Positions 1-13,559 of a DNA stretch of 64,000 nt are shown piece after piece (positions within the stretch are counted from its first letter, which is position 1; every line of letters begins with the position of its first letter). The notes under the pieces were generated by a model. The model saw nothing but the letters and a program-made list of their open reading frames with translations, made no database searches and was not told where the DNA came from. The DNA is from Camelus ferus (Eukaryota): contig NC_045696.1 of assembly GCF_009834535.1 (NCBI RefSeq), forward strand, positions 111,974,001 through 112,038,000, written 5' to 3'. A program made the translations under genes and the position numbers.

Positions 1-329
1 TTATTTATTTAAAAAATTTTTATTGACATATAGTTGATTTACAATGTTGTGTTACTTTCAAGTGCTCAGCAACGTGGTTCAGTTATACATACTTACATAT
101 ATATGTATATACTTAAAAAATTTTTTTTTCCATTATAGGTTACTACAAGATATTGAATACAATTCCCTGTGCTACACAGTAGATCCTTGTTTATCTATTT
201 CACAGCTAGTTGTTAATCCCAAACTCCTAATTAATCCCTCCCTACTTCCCTTTCCCCTTCGGTAAACATAGTTTGGTTTCCATGTCTGTGAGTCTATTTC
301 TGGTTTGTAAATAAGTTCCTTTGAATTTT

Positions 330-3300
330 TTTTTAGATTCCATGATATGATATTTGTCTTTCTCTGTCTGACTTACTTCACTTAGTATGATCATCTCTAG
401 GTCCATCCATGTTGCTGGAAATGGCATTATTTCATTCTTTTTTGTCTGAGTAATATTCTACTATATATATATATAATACACACACACACCACATCTTCTT
501 TATCCAGTCATCTGTTGATGGACATTTAGGTTGCTTCCATGTCTTGGCTATTGTAAACAGTACTGCTGTGAACATTAGGGTGCATGTGTATCTTTTCAAA
601 TTAGAGTTCTTGTCTTTTCTGGATATATGCCCAGGAATGGAATTGCTGGATGATATGGTAATGGTATTTTTTGACTTTTAAGGAACCTCCATTCTGTTTT
701 CCATAGTGCCCACACCAATTTACATTCCCACCAACAGTGTAGAAGGATTCCCTTTTCCTCACACCCTCTCCAGCATTTATTATTAGTAGACTTTTGGACA
801 ATGGCTATTCTGACTGGTGTGAGGTGATACCTCATTGTAGTTTTTATTTGCATTTCTTTATTAATGAGTGATGTTAAACACCTTTTCATATGCCTGTTGG
901 CCATTTGTATGTCTTCTTTGGAGAAATGTCTATTTATGTCTTCAGCTCATTTTTTATTGGGTTGTTTGTTTTTTGATATTTGATATTAAGCTGTATGATC
1001 TGTTTGTATATTTTATAAATTAATCCCTGTCAGTTGCATCATTTGAAAATATTTTCTCCCATTATGCAGGCTGTCTTTTCATTTTACGATTTCCCTTGCT
1101 GTGAAAAAGCTTTTCAGTTAAATTAGGTCCCACTTATTTATTTTTGCTTTTATTTCCAATACTCTAGGAGAAGAATGCAAAAAAAAATACTGCTGCAATT
1201 TATCTCAGTGTTCTGCTTGTGTTTTCCACTAGGAGTTACAGAGTATCTGGTCTTATATTTAGGGCTTTAACCCATTTTGAGTTTATTTTTGTATATGGTG
1301 TTAGAGAATGTTCTAATTTCATTCTTTTGCATGCAGCTGTCCAGTTTTCCCAGCACCATTTATTGAAGAGACTTCCTTTTCTCCATTGTATATTCTTGCA
1401 TCCTTTGTTGTAGATTAATTGACTATAAGTGCATGGGTTTATTTGTGAACTTTCTTCTGTTCCATTAATCTGTACGTCTGTTTTTGTGCAAGTACCATAC
1501 TTCTTTGATTACTGTAGCTTTGTAGTATAGTCTAAAGTCAGGGAGCATGATTCCTCCAGCTCCATTCTTCTTTCTCAAGATTGTTTTGGCTCTTTAGGGT
1601 CTTTTGTATTTCCATACAAATTAAAATTTTTTTTCACTTCTGTGAAAAATACCATTGGTAATTTGATAGGGCTTGCACTGAATCTGTATATTGCCTTGGG
1701 TAGTATGGTCATTTGAACAATATTGATTCTTCCAATCCAAGAACACAGTATGTCTTTCCATCTGTTTGTCTTGTCTTCAGTTTCTTTCACCAGCATCTTA
1801 CAGTTTTTGGAGTGCAGGTCTTTTGCCTTCTTAGGTGGGTTTATTCCAAGGTATATTATTGTTCTTGATGCGATGCATATGGGATTGCTTCCTTAATTTC
1901 TTTTTCTGATATTTTGTCATTAGCATATAGAAATGCAACAGATTTCTCTATATTAATTTTGTATTCTGCAACTTTACCAAATTCATTGATGAGCTCTAGT
2001 AGTTTTCTGATCATTTCTTTAGGGTTTTCTATGTATAGTATCATGTCATCTGTGAACAATAACAGTTTTTCTTCTTCTTTTCCAGTTTGGAATCCCTCTA
2101 TTTCTTCTTCTTTTCTGATTGCTATAGCTAGGACTTCCAAAACTATGTTGAATAACAGTGATGAGTGAGCATCCTACTCTTGTTTCTGATCTTACAGGAA
2201 ATGCTTTCAGCTATTCAACATTAAGAGTGATGTTAGCTGTGGGTTTGTCATATACGACCTTTATTTGAGGTATGTTCCCTCTATGCCCACTTTTTGGAGA
2301 GTTTTTATCATAAATGGATGTTGAATTTTATCAAAAGCTTTTTCTGCATCCATTGAAATTATCATACGGTTTTTATTCTTCAACTTGTTAATGTGGTGTA
2401 TCACATTGATTGACTTGTGGATATTAAAAAATCCTTGCATCCCTGGGATAAATCCCACTTGATCATGGTGTATGATCCTTTTAATGCATTTTTGGAGTCA
2501 ATTTGCTAGTATTTTGTTGAGGCTTTTTGCACTATATTCATAACTGATATTGGCCTATAATTTTCTTTTTTTTGCGAATAACTTTGTCTGGTTTTGGCAT
2601 CAGGGTGATGGTGGCCTCACAGAATGTGTTTGGAAGTGTTCCTTCCTCTGCAATTTTTCTGTAATAGTTTCAGAAGGATAGGTGCAAACTGTTTGGTAGA
2701 AGTCACCTGTGAAAACATCTGGTCCTGGACTTTTGTTTATTGGGAGTTTTTAAATTACTGATTTAATTTCAGTACTGGTAATTGGTCTATTCATATTTTC
2801 TATTTCTTCCTGGTTCAGTCTTGGGAGATTGTACCCTTCTAAGAACTTGTCCATTTCTTCTAGGTTGTCCATTTTATTAGCATATAGTTGCTCATGATAG
2901 CCTCTTATGATCCTTTGTACTTCTGTGATATCAGTTGTAACTTCTTTTTCATTTCTGGTTTTATTGATTTGGGCCCTCTCTCCTTTTTTTTCTTTATGAG
3001 TCTGACTAAAGATTTATCCATTTTGTTTATCTTTTCAAAGAATCAGCTTTTAATTTCATTGATTTTTTTCTATTTTTTAAGTCTTTATTTCATTTATTTC
3101 TCCTCTGATCTTTATTTCTTTCTCTGTATTAACTTTGGATTTTGTTCGTTCTTCTTTCTCTAGTTGCTTTAGGTGTTCAGGTTAGGTTGTTTATTTTAGA
3201 TTTTTCTTATTTCCTGAGGTAAGCTTGTATCACTATAAACTTCCCTCTTAGAACTGCTTTTGCTGTGTCCCATGGGTTTTGGATCATTGTGTTTTTATTT

Positions 3301-4123
3301 TGATTTGTCTCTAGGTGCTTTTTATTTCTTCTTTGATTTCTTCAGTGATCCATTGGTTGTTTAGTAGCATATTGTTTTATCTTCCATGTGTTTGTGTTTT
3401 TTTGCAGCATTTTTCTTATAGTTGATTTCTAATCTCATAGCATTGTGGTTGGAAAAGATACTTGATATGATTTCAGTTTTCTTAAATTTACTGAGGCTTG
3501 CTTTGTGGCCCAGCATGTGATCCATCCTGGAGAATGTTCCGTGTGCACTTGAATGTGTATTCTGCTGCTTTCAGAAAGGAATGCTCCATAAACATCATTT
3601 AGGTCTAATGTGTCATTTAAGGTCTGTGTTTTCGTATTGATCTTCTGTCTGGATGATGTGTCCACTGATGTAAGTGGGGTGTTAAAGTCCTCCACTATTA
3701 TTGTGTTACTGTCAATTTCTCCCTTTATGTCTGTTAACAGTTGCCTTATATATTGAGTGCTCCTATGTTGGGTGCATATATATTTACAACTGTTACATCT
3801 TCTTCTTGGATTGATCTCTTGATCATTATGATCTCTTGACCATTATCCTTCTTTGCCTCTTGTAAAAGTCTTTATTTCAAAGTCTATCTTGTCTAAGATA
3901 AGTATTGTGACTCCGGCTTTCTTTTGATTTCCATTTGTATGGAATACCTTTCTCCATCCCCTCACTTTCAGTCTGTATGTGTCTCTAGATCTCAAGTGAG
4001 TATCTTCTAGGCAGCAAATATATGTCTTGTTTTTGTATCCATTCAGCCAGTCTATGTCTTTTGGTTGGAGCATTTAATGTTTATAGTTAAGGTAATTATT
4101 AACCTGTATGTTCTTATCATCAT
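330..4123 (-). pseudogene. L1 ORF2 (endonuclease / reverse transcriptase), disabled by many stops and frameshifts
   Basis: About 3.8 kb of ORF2 split over many short ORFs in different frames. The catalytic FADD motif reads FTDD. Confidence 0.92.
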
Positions 4124-4369
4124 TTTGTTAATTGTTTCGGATTTGCTTTTTTAGGTCTTTTTTACTCTTTTCTTCTTTTGTTCTCTTCTCTTGTGATTTG
4201 GTGACTATATTTAGTGTTATGTTTGGATTCCTTCTTTTTTGTGTGTATATCTATTACAGATTTTTTGGTGTACAGTTACAATGAGGTTTTGGTATAGCAA
4301 TTATATATATATGACATATATATATGACTGCTTTAAGTTGCTGATCTCTTAATTTCAAATGCATTTTAA

Positions 4370-5140
4370 TTGTTATCTTTTATTGAATTGTAGTCAATTT
4401 ACAATGTTAGTTTCAGGTGCATAGCAAGTGATTCAGTTATATAAAACTGAATATATATATATACACACACACATATAGACACATACATATATATATATAT
4501 ATATATAAATTTCCAGATTCTTTTCCATTATAGCTCATTACAAGAAATTGAATATATTTCCATGTGCTACACACTAGGTCCTTGTTGTTTATCTATTTTA
4601 TATATAGCAATGTGTATCTATTAATCCCAAACTCCTAATCTATCCCTCCCCACTGCTTTCCTCCCGGTAACCGCAGTTTGTTTTCTATGTCTGTAAGTCT
4701 ATTTCTGGTTTGTAAATAAAATCTGTATTTTTTTTAGAATCCATCTCTCAATTATACTTTCTTCCCTTTTTTAAAAAATTGAAGTATAGTTGATTTACAA
4801 TGCTGCATTAGTTTCTGGTGTACAGCATAGTGATTCAGTCATACATTGTATGTATATATATATATAAAAGTCTGTATCTTCTAATCCCAAACTCTTAATT
4901 TATCCCTTCTCACCTTTTCCCTTTTGGTAATCATAAATTTGTTTTCTATGCCTGTTAGTCTGTTTCTGTTTTGTAGATAAGTTCATTTGTACTATTTTTT
5001 AAGATTCCACATATAAGCAACATCATATTGTATTTGTCTTTTCTCTGTCTGACTTACTTCACTTAATATGATTTCTAGGTCTATTCATGTTGCTGCAAAT
5101 AAAATTATTTCATTCTTTTTTTTATGGCTGAATAATATTC
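4370..5140 (-). mobile_element. Nested insertion made of two tandem L1 3'-end fragments (~4770-5140 and ~4378-4744) inside the host L1 spacer
   Basis: Both pieces resemble the L1 3'UTR at 1-460. Flanked by a perfect 16-bp TSD ttcaaatgcattttaa at 4354-4369 and 5141-5156. Confidence 0.88.
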
Positions 5141-8100
5141 TTCAAATGCATTTTAAATACCCTGCATTTATCCTCTCCTTCCCTCATGATTATTCTTTTT
5201 GGTATCATATTTTACATCTAATTGTTTTGTGTATCCCTCAACTGCTTACTGTGGATACAGATGATTTTACTATTTTTGTGTTTTAACCTTCCTACTAATT
5301 TGTGTATGGATGATTTCCCACCTTTACTATATGTTTGCCTTTACTATTTTGTAATTTTCTTGTTTCTAGCTGTGGGCTTTTCTTTTCCACCTAGAGAAGT
5401 TCCTTTAGCATTTGTTGTAAAGCTGGTTTCAAGGTGCTGAAATCTTTTAGTTTTTGCTTGTACGTAAAACTTTTGATTTCTCCACCAAATCTGAAAGACA
5501 GCCTCGCTGGGTAGAGCATTCTTGCTTGTAGGCTTTTCTCTTTCATCAATTTAAACATATTGTGCCACTCCCTCCCGGCCTGCAGGGTTTCTGCTGAAAA
5601 ATCAGCTGATAGTCTTATGGGAGCTCCCTTGTATGTTACTTGTTGCTTTTCCCTTGTTGATTTTAATATTTATCTTTAATTTTGTCATTTTAATTACAAT
5701 GTGTTTTGGTGTGTTCCTCTTAGGTTTAATTCTGTATGAGACTCTGCTTCCTGGACTTGCATGATTGTTCCTTTTCCCAAGTTAGGGAAGTTTTCAGCTA
5801 TTGTTTCTTCAAATATTTTCTCAGGCCCTTTCTCTCTCTCTCTTCTCCTTCTGGGACCCGTATAATGTGAATATTAGTGCATTTGCTGTTGTCCCAGAAG
5901 TCTGTCCTCATTCCTTTTCATTCTGTTTTCTTTTTTCTGTTCTGCAGCAATGATTTCCACTACTGTGTCTTCCAGCTCACTGATCTGTTCTTCTGCCTCA
6001 TTTAGCCTATTCTTGGTTCCTTCTAGTGTATTATTCATTTCAGATACTGTATTTTTCAACTCTGGTAGTTCCCTATATTTTCTAACTCTTTGTTAACAAG
6101 TTTTGCCTTCTGTCTCTGTGCATCCATTCTTCTCCCGAGTTCTTGGATCATCTGGAGGGAAGATGGATTGGCTCATACGCAAGCCTATGGCCATCAGCCT
6201 CTCTGCTCTCTCTCTCCAGCATGTCCTCTCACTGCCATCCTGATGACTCTGCATCAGGACTGGACATGTCATCTCTGTGCAGTGCATCTTGCCTGTATTT
6301 GCCCACCATTTGCTTCTGCTGGGATTTTCAGGAAGCTTCGGACCTTCAGAAGTTTTCATTCTGTCAGGTTCATATCCAGGACTAATTTTAGGAGTGAGCC
6401 TTCTGTCTAAAGCCTCTCCCTTTAGTCTGACTGTCTCGAGGCCTGACAGCTCTACAGCCTCCTCTGTTCTGCCTGTGACTGCTTGGTGACTCACCAGAGT
6501 GCACGGCATGAAAGGGGAGACTCCAGAAGCGCTATTGCTTGTATGGTGGCCAGGTCTGGTAGCACAACATACACACCAGGCCATCCACAACTGAGCCACA
6601 AGCTGTAACAGAGGGATTCACCATCACTAACCCAGACACCCACATGACTGGAACTGGTTAGAAGCTACAAATAACAAAAGCACAACTTACTTTCTAAAGA
6701 AGTGAGTAGGCCTTAAAAAAAAAAAAAAGAAAAGAAAACATAATCAGGTAATTATTAGGCTCTAAATATAGAGTCAAACCTCCTCAAAATTAGATATCCT
6801 GTGGCTCGCCCTGAAACATCTGTAATATTTGCTGCTGCTTCAATGGATATTGGAAAAATATTTAGAATGAAAATATAGTATTTCTCCAGGGGATGTATAT
6901 CAAAAATGGGGAGAAAGCAGCAATTACTAGAGAAACTCAATAAATAACCTGGCAACCTGTCACTTTTCTCCAGGTGCACTAATAACATATATTAGAAGGA
7001 TGCAAACCTTGCTATTATCTCCCAAGAATTTTTTTTTTTTTTGGTCAAGTCTGGCAAAGTTCCATTCAGATCACCAGCAGGGAAAAAGCACCCTGTGTGA
7101 TGCAGTCAATGACTCAGAATGTGCATCATATTTAGAGGAATGGGCTTATCTAAGACTTTCCCTTGGTGCTGCCTTATCCAGGGAATCTGAATGCTGGTCT
7201 TCCTGTATTATTCATTACATAATTGCTGTGTTTTATTAGAAATATGATCTATTATAACCTTGAATAGAGTACATTAAATGACATTGAAAATTAGATTATT
7301 CTGATTATTAGAGAAGTGAGAAATGTGCTAAACATTTGTAAGACTGATAATCAATCAGGGTATCCATCTGAGTGTAATAAAAATCAATCTGGAGCCAGTG
7401 TGTTTAAATCTAATTTTTTAAGCATGACATTTTCCTCAGAGTTTCTTTCTAAAATGTCACCATCTTCTACAACGGTGATTGATTCTGTCTCTAGGGAGAA
7501 GCACTCACTCCAATTACTTCATCCACTGCACACAAACCATAGTCCACTTTAAAAAAAAAGCCAAATGCATCAGAGCAATAACAATATATTTCTGGGGAGG
7601 GGCACAGATTTATGTCACTCAAGCTAGAAAATCACCCATCTTCCTCCCCCAGCTCAGACAGAATAAATATACTACTTAGCTCATACGTGGCTCTTTACTT
7701 TCTTCCAACAAAAATTAGGAATTTCTGTATTGGATTTTCTTTCACCTGAGAAAAGGGAGGAAAAGACTCTGGCTCATGTGAAAAATACTATTCTGCTCAC
7801 GTCTTTTCAGAGAAAGAAAAACAAAAGGTACCATGACTGTTAATTTACCCTTCCTTCCACCCTTCCCCTCTCTGTCCTTCTTTCTTTCCTTTCTTCCATC
7901 CACTCATCAATCCACCCATCTCTTAATCCATTCATCCATCAATAGGCAATTATTGAACTCCAACTGAGGTCGCCAGGAGACTGGCCAGCTTGGAACTCTT
8001 TTTTTTCTCTTGAATGTATTCATATGGTACAAGGTGAGGAGGATGGCTAATGAAGTGACATCCAAAAGAAACTTCCTGAGTGGACTCTGCACTCTGTAGA

Positions 8101-9279
8101 GGTGGTCATGAGGTTGGCACTAAGAGGAATGACTGTCCACTAACTCAGCCTGGCCCCTTAGAACGGCACATGTGAATACTGATTTGGAATTTTCTTGGCA
8201 ATGGTAGGGGAAGGGGGAAAATGGTATTTACTGAGTGTTTGCCATGACTGAGAACTTGACATCCATCACTCACTAAATCCTCAGTGGCCCGGGCCCTGGG
8301 TTTCTCGGAGCAGGTAGTTTGGCAGTGACACTCAGCTTCCCCCGAAACCTCTCATTTTCCCAGGGAGGGGGGACTTGTCTTGGTGAGTCTGAGGGAAGAC
8401 ACTTAGTGTTCTGGGCTCAAGCCCTTCCAGGCTTTCTCTGCCTCTGCCCACCTCCCTGCCTTCCCACAGAGAAGCATGCACAGCCTGCTTTCCGTGACAT
8501 GGAAGCTCTCAGGAGGGCTTTGCCTGGGAGGAGGCCTTCGGGTTTCAGCGCTGCCTGTGACAGGGCAGGGAGGCTCGTCCGATTCAGGGGTGAGGTTTAG
8601 GGGGGCATGAGTCACTGGGATCACACACGTCAAACAAATTACTCTGTAAGGTAATTCATACCCATAGGAAGGAACATTATGCTACCACTAAAAATAATCT
8701 TTTCAAAGACGATTTAATGATGTGGGGAAATATTCACAATGTTAAATTTAACTAAAAAAGGAAGCCAGAAAAATTGGAATACACACAATATGCAAAGAAA
8801 AAAAAAGCAGACTAAAATAAATCAAAATATTAACAGGCCTTATATCTGGGACATGAGATTAATTGTGATTTATATTTTCTTCTTTATAAATTTCAGTATT
8901 TTCCAAGCTGAATGCAATAAGTCTATGTTGCTTCAACTATTTTTCACTTTTTAAATTTTTTTCAGCTATTTTTTAAAATGTAGTTTTTTTTTTTCTCCTT
9001 TCAAAGGAAAGAAGCTTTTCTCTGACACCGAGAAGGTTCTCAGACCATAAAGAGATTCTCAGAATATGGTTGCTGACATGCTGATCTCCTTCTGATTCAT
9101 GCAGCGACTTCTCAGTTGGTCTGAATTTGTGAGGAAGGAGAGGCCTGTGATGCCTGCAAACTCCCACCCCCCCACCTCCACCTCACTGCTCCCACCTGTT
9201 GGAGTGCAACCATCCCTCATCTGCTTACCTTCTGTAGCCTCTGCACAGCTCTCTCTGCTCTGCCCTGACCTCCCCTATA

Positions 9280-9790
9280 GTATAGTCTTAACATAACAAC
9301 CACCTTGGACCTACTAAGACCCAAGTATGTCACTCTTCTGCCCCGAACACCCGACAGCTCCTGTCAAACTTGGAGTAAGAACTCAAGTCTCTACAAAAAC
9401 TCTGTGGCTTCTCTGATTCCACCTCCTGTGTTATGCCCATTTGTTTATGCCCCTCTTGACAACTGACTTCCTCTCTGGCCTCACACATATTGGGGAATGT
9501 TCCCACCTCAGGGCCTTTGCACTGGCTGTTGTCTCTTTCACCTCCTTCCGGTCTGTATTCAGACATCATCTTCTCCCGAGACCTGCTTTGACAACTTCAA
9601 CAAAATTTGCAGCCCCGACCTCCAACAGTCCTAGTCCCCTTCCCAGTTTGTCTCCTTATTTGTCTTTTTTATTATCTTCCTTCCCAGCTAGACTGTAAAC
9701 TCCTGGAGGGCAGGGATTGCAGGAATTCTTCACATGCTATCGCCAGCACACACAGTAGTGCCGGGGCACTGAGGGCCCTGGACAGGTCTT
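9280..9790 (+). mobile_element. LINE-2 3' fragment
   Basis: L2-type motifs gggcctttgcactggctgtt and ctagactgtaaactcctggagggcaggga. Confidence 0.7.
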
Positions 9791-11832
9791 TGTTACTGAT
9801 GAGGCTCTGGAAGGGGAGGCTGAGAGCTGGGTAGAGGAGACAGGCACTTGGTCTGCGGCTCACAGCTACCCGTGTCGGAGCTGTGCTAGAGGTGCGGGGG
9901 GCAGAGGGGCATTCTGCCGGATCCCAAAAGCCCTGATCTCGGGGCTGCCCCGCTTCCCCATCTTCACCATTTACCGGAGCGATGCCTACTGTATAAACAG
10001 GCATCTTTAGAAGTGACGGGGACAAAGCAGACAAAAGAAAGCTTCCTTGCAGTTCAGAAGAGCCATCCCTCCCTCTTCTTTAAGAGGGAGGTGCAGAGGA
10101 ATGCCCGCTGGGAGACGTACAGAGACCAGAACAGGACTCCCTAAGCTCTTACCCTCTAGCTCTCGAACCAACAGCTCAGGTGAACTCAGTACAACTATGA
10201 CAGCCAGAGACTCTGCCGTCAGCTCTCGTTCAGCTTGAAACACAAATCTAAATACTCCAGAGAGAGGCCAAAAAGAAAGGCATTTGGAAATGCTCAGGGG
10301 AGGGAGCAGCCCCTTGGAGACATTGCCCGAAATGTATACTTACTGAGCAGCACTACGGGGATAATCATGTCAGATAAGCCAGGCAACTAATTTCCTCTGT
10401 TTTCCAAATTCTAGGTGGGCGGCTGTGCAACTGACCAGCAGCGGGCGAGGAGGAGGCGAGCTCTTTGATGTCCAGCTAAGCACGGCGCGAGTGCGACCAG
10501 GCGCACGAGGCACCAGATCACTAACCTACTTAATCTTCTAGGTAACGACTGGTTTCCGATAAAGACAGCTGGTGAACTAGGTTTTGGGCAACTAGTTTCC
10601 TAGAGTCTCCATGCAATATAAGAACCTTAATAAAGAGAAAAAGCTACTTTCTTCTGAAAGATAAAAAAAGGGTACCTTTGAAAAAATAGCAACGTAGGCT
10701 CACTGCAGACAATTTGGAAAATAATGAGATCCACAAAGAAGAAAATATTGGGGTTAATATTTTGATTTATTTTTTTCTGCTCCTTTTTACACAGATTTTT
10801 TTTTAATACCGATCACAGAATATCTAAATTTTCTGATCTTGGTTTTCCTTTAAACAACATTGTGGATCTTTCCTCATGTCACAAAAAAAACTGTTTTCAG
10901 AGGCAGCATAATGTTCCTTTCCGTGGGCGTGAATTAATTTACCCAGCCATTCTTTTCTTGTTAGTCCTTTATGTTATTGCCTGTTTTATGCTAACATAGA
11001 TAATGCTGCAATGAACATCTTTGTACATTATCATTGCATACATTTTTAATTTTTTCTTTAAAAAAGTGCCCAGGAAGGGGATTGCAAGGGCTTCTGAAAT
11101 ATAAAGCCAAGCCTCTGGCAGTCCCCAGTGTCTGTCTGCTATAGGCTTGGTTCTTGCCCTTCTTTGCAGATCGTGGGATACACTCTATGGAGATTAAGTT
11201 CGCACTTCTAATCTCCCTCACCTTTGTGGGGGGCAGACAAATCCCATTCCTATAAAAACTGCTCATCTGCTACCCCCATTAGCAGGACTATTACGCGGTC
11301 TTTCTGGTCAACCCGTCGTTCCAAGGATCATTGCTGTCGTCTGTCTCACTTAGGTCAGTGCTGCTGGCTTAACAGTTCCCCATTGGGCCACAGATGGCCA
11401 ACGGTCGGATATAGCAACATAACCTGATTACAGGACAACCATGATCCCTTTGGCCAATTCCAGTCTTGCTTTGTGAAAATAGCCACTGCCCAGAGGGAGG
11501 GGATATGCCAGGCTGCCCCCTCCCCGCAGAGATATTGAGACTCCTGGATGGCCCAGCCCAAAGCACAGGATTTTAATCAGTTTTACTGCCTGGGCAGAAC
11601 CACTGACCTTTGTCCCTTTGGAAGAGGTGTGTCAGGGGACAGTAGAAGCTTGGGGGAGTTTGGGCAAAATCTCTTTCTGGAAGCTCGTATTTACGTTCAA
11701 AATTAAGAAAACATTATAGCTGATTCCTACTGTCAGTGAGCTGCACCTTCTAAGAGCTATCCACTTGCACATGCACGTTCAGACCCAGAGCCCCACGTGT
11801 GATCACCAACACGTGTCCCTGTGGGTACATAC

Positions 11833-12054
11833 CAGAGTTTCTCAGCCTTGGCATGACTGACATTTGGGGCCAGATAATTCATTTGTGGGGCTTGTCCATG
11901 CATCCTGTGAGTGGTAAGATGTTTAACAGCATTCCTGGCTTCAACCCGCCAGAAGCCAATAACACCTCCCCAGGTGTAATAACCAAACATATCTCCAGAT
12001 GTCATCAGTGTTTCTGGGGAGGGGTGCAGAACTGCCTGCGCATGGGACCCACTT
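11833..12054. mobile_element. MER20-like hAT DNA transposon
   Basis: cagagtttctcagccttggca..tgacatttggggccagataattc..gatgtttaacagcattcctggc; about 220 bp. Confidence 0.8.
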
Positions 12055-12089
12055 GTTAGGTGAACGTCAGCCTCTTGAATTAACGAGAA

Positions 12090-12238
12090 ACAGCTGCACA
12101 GCTCAGGATTCAGACCTGTCACCAGCACCGACTATGTGAGCAAACCACTTAGCTTTCCTCGCCTCTGATCCTCAACTGCAAACAGGGACGATAATACACG
12201 GCTCACAGAGGTGTACGGATGGTGCCAGTAAATGGATG
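12090..12238. mobile_element. MIR SINE fragment
   Basis: Degraded core: actatgtgagcaaaccacttagc..ctcaactgcaaacagggacgataatac. Confidence 0.6.
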
Positions 12239-13358
12239 GGAAGCCCCGTTTTGACTTCTCAGATGCACGTTTGGGTTTAGCCCATTTCAGGAAGCACTGC
12301 AGAAATAGCAGGTACTCGTGCCACGCAGTTTATTTGCAGACACGCTCAGAGAAATGCCATTTTGCCCATGGGCACAGGGGAGCAAAGGCTGATGACTTTT
12401 TGAGCGGTGTCTGCACACACAGCCGCAAAGCTTCATCACATCGAATTTTGTAATCTGGCCAAATTTCACCTGTCTTGAGTCATTCTTCCATGAGTCAAGA
12501 CCCAACTGAACTGAACAGCATTTCTTATCTGACAGCAGAAATAGGAGACTTTTGACTGCACCCTGAAGGGGACACTGGGCAGCTTGGGGGGCAGTTCTCA
12601 GTGTCTTGTTTCTCTTACCACTACCCTAATTTCCTTTGGAGGAATTCCCTCTACCCCACTGCATATAATTCTGAGAGGATGGAAAACAGGTATCTGCCTG
12701 CTCGTTTAGTACAGAGGATAAGGAGCCCCATCACCCCACTTTTTCCTCTGGACAGTCAGGTGCAGGTCCCGAGTTCTGCCGATGGGAACTCCCGCCTGGG
12801 ACTGAGAATCTGGAAGACAAGTGACCGGGGTTCAGTCTTCCTAACTGCGGCTTTCTGGCCAAACTCTCCACCAGGAGACCTCCTTCCAGCCTCCCAGGGC
12901 CACTCGGTTCCAGATCTTTTCCAAACCTGGTTCTCCATCCTCCAGTCTATTCTTGGAGCCCCCAAGGGGTTTCTAATTAATTCTTCTTGGCTTAAGTTGG
13001 CCAAGTCAGTTTCTGTTCCTTATAATCAAACAACCTTGACTGATCTATGCCCACAGAAAATTATGGGGAGAAGAAAAGAAAACTAGGGAAATAGTCAAGA
13101 TGAAAGAGATATGGAAGAACAAGAGAGGCACTCTTAGCTGGTTTAAATACGAAGAGAACTCGGGAGAGAAAACTCTTGTTATTTCTATTTTATCCTCTGA
13201 AACTCCTCCATCACAGAGCACAGGCATTTGCCCATATTTGCCCATCCAGAACAGAGCCATCACTGTTCCCTCCACGGAGGATGATATTTGCTGTATCTCT
13301 AGAGATAAAGTTTCCAATCAATGGACAGATGGTCAAAATTTCCAAGATTTTATATATT

Positions 13359-13362
<4 letters not shown>

Positions 13363-13429
<67 letters not shown>

Positions 13430-13436
13430 ATATGTA

Positions 13437-13476
<40 letters not shown>

Positions 13477-13519
13477 CACACATATATATATATATATATA
13501 TTACATATATATATATATA
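13363..13519. repeat. Compound (TA)n/(TG)n microsatellite
   Basis: Alternating TA and TG runs seen directly. Confidence 0.97.
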
Positions 13520-13559
13520 CTTTTTTCTAGGCTCAGGAACAGAAATACAATGATTTGAA

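Larger units (their letters stand above)
1..6151 (-). mobile_element. Degraded, 5'-truncated LINE-1 (partial ORF1, inter-ORF spacer, near-complete ORF2, 3'UTR and tail)
   Basis: Collinear minus-strand fragments: ORF1 coiled coil (5874-6059) and ORF1 end QQMLKELL* (stop at 5391), endonuclease (YICCLEDTH..LKVRGW, DFNTPL), RT ([21 protein letters not shown]), C-terminus ([23 protein letters not shown]), and an A-rich tail at the window start. Confidence 0.96.

Noticed and set aside
6093..6599. 168-aa minus-strand ORF abutting the L1 5' end
   Set aside because: No recognisable domain, non-ATG start, and it crosses the L1 boundary. There is no poly-A or TSD suggesting a retrocopy.
13100..13558. 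ORFs with [12 protein letters not shown] runs
   Set aside because: Translations of the (TA)n/(TG)n microsatellite.
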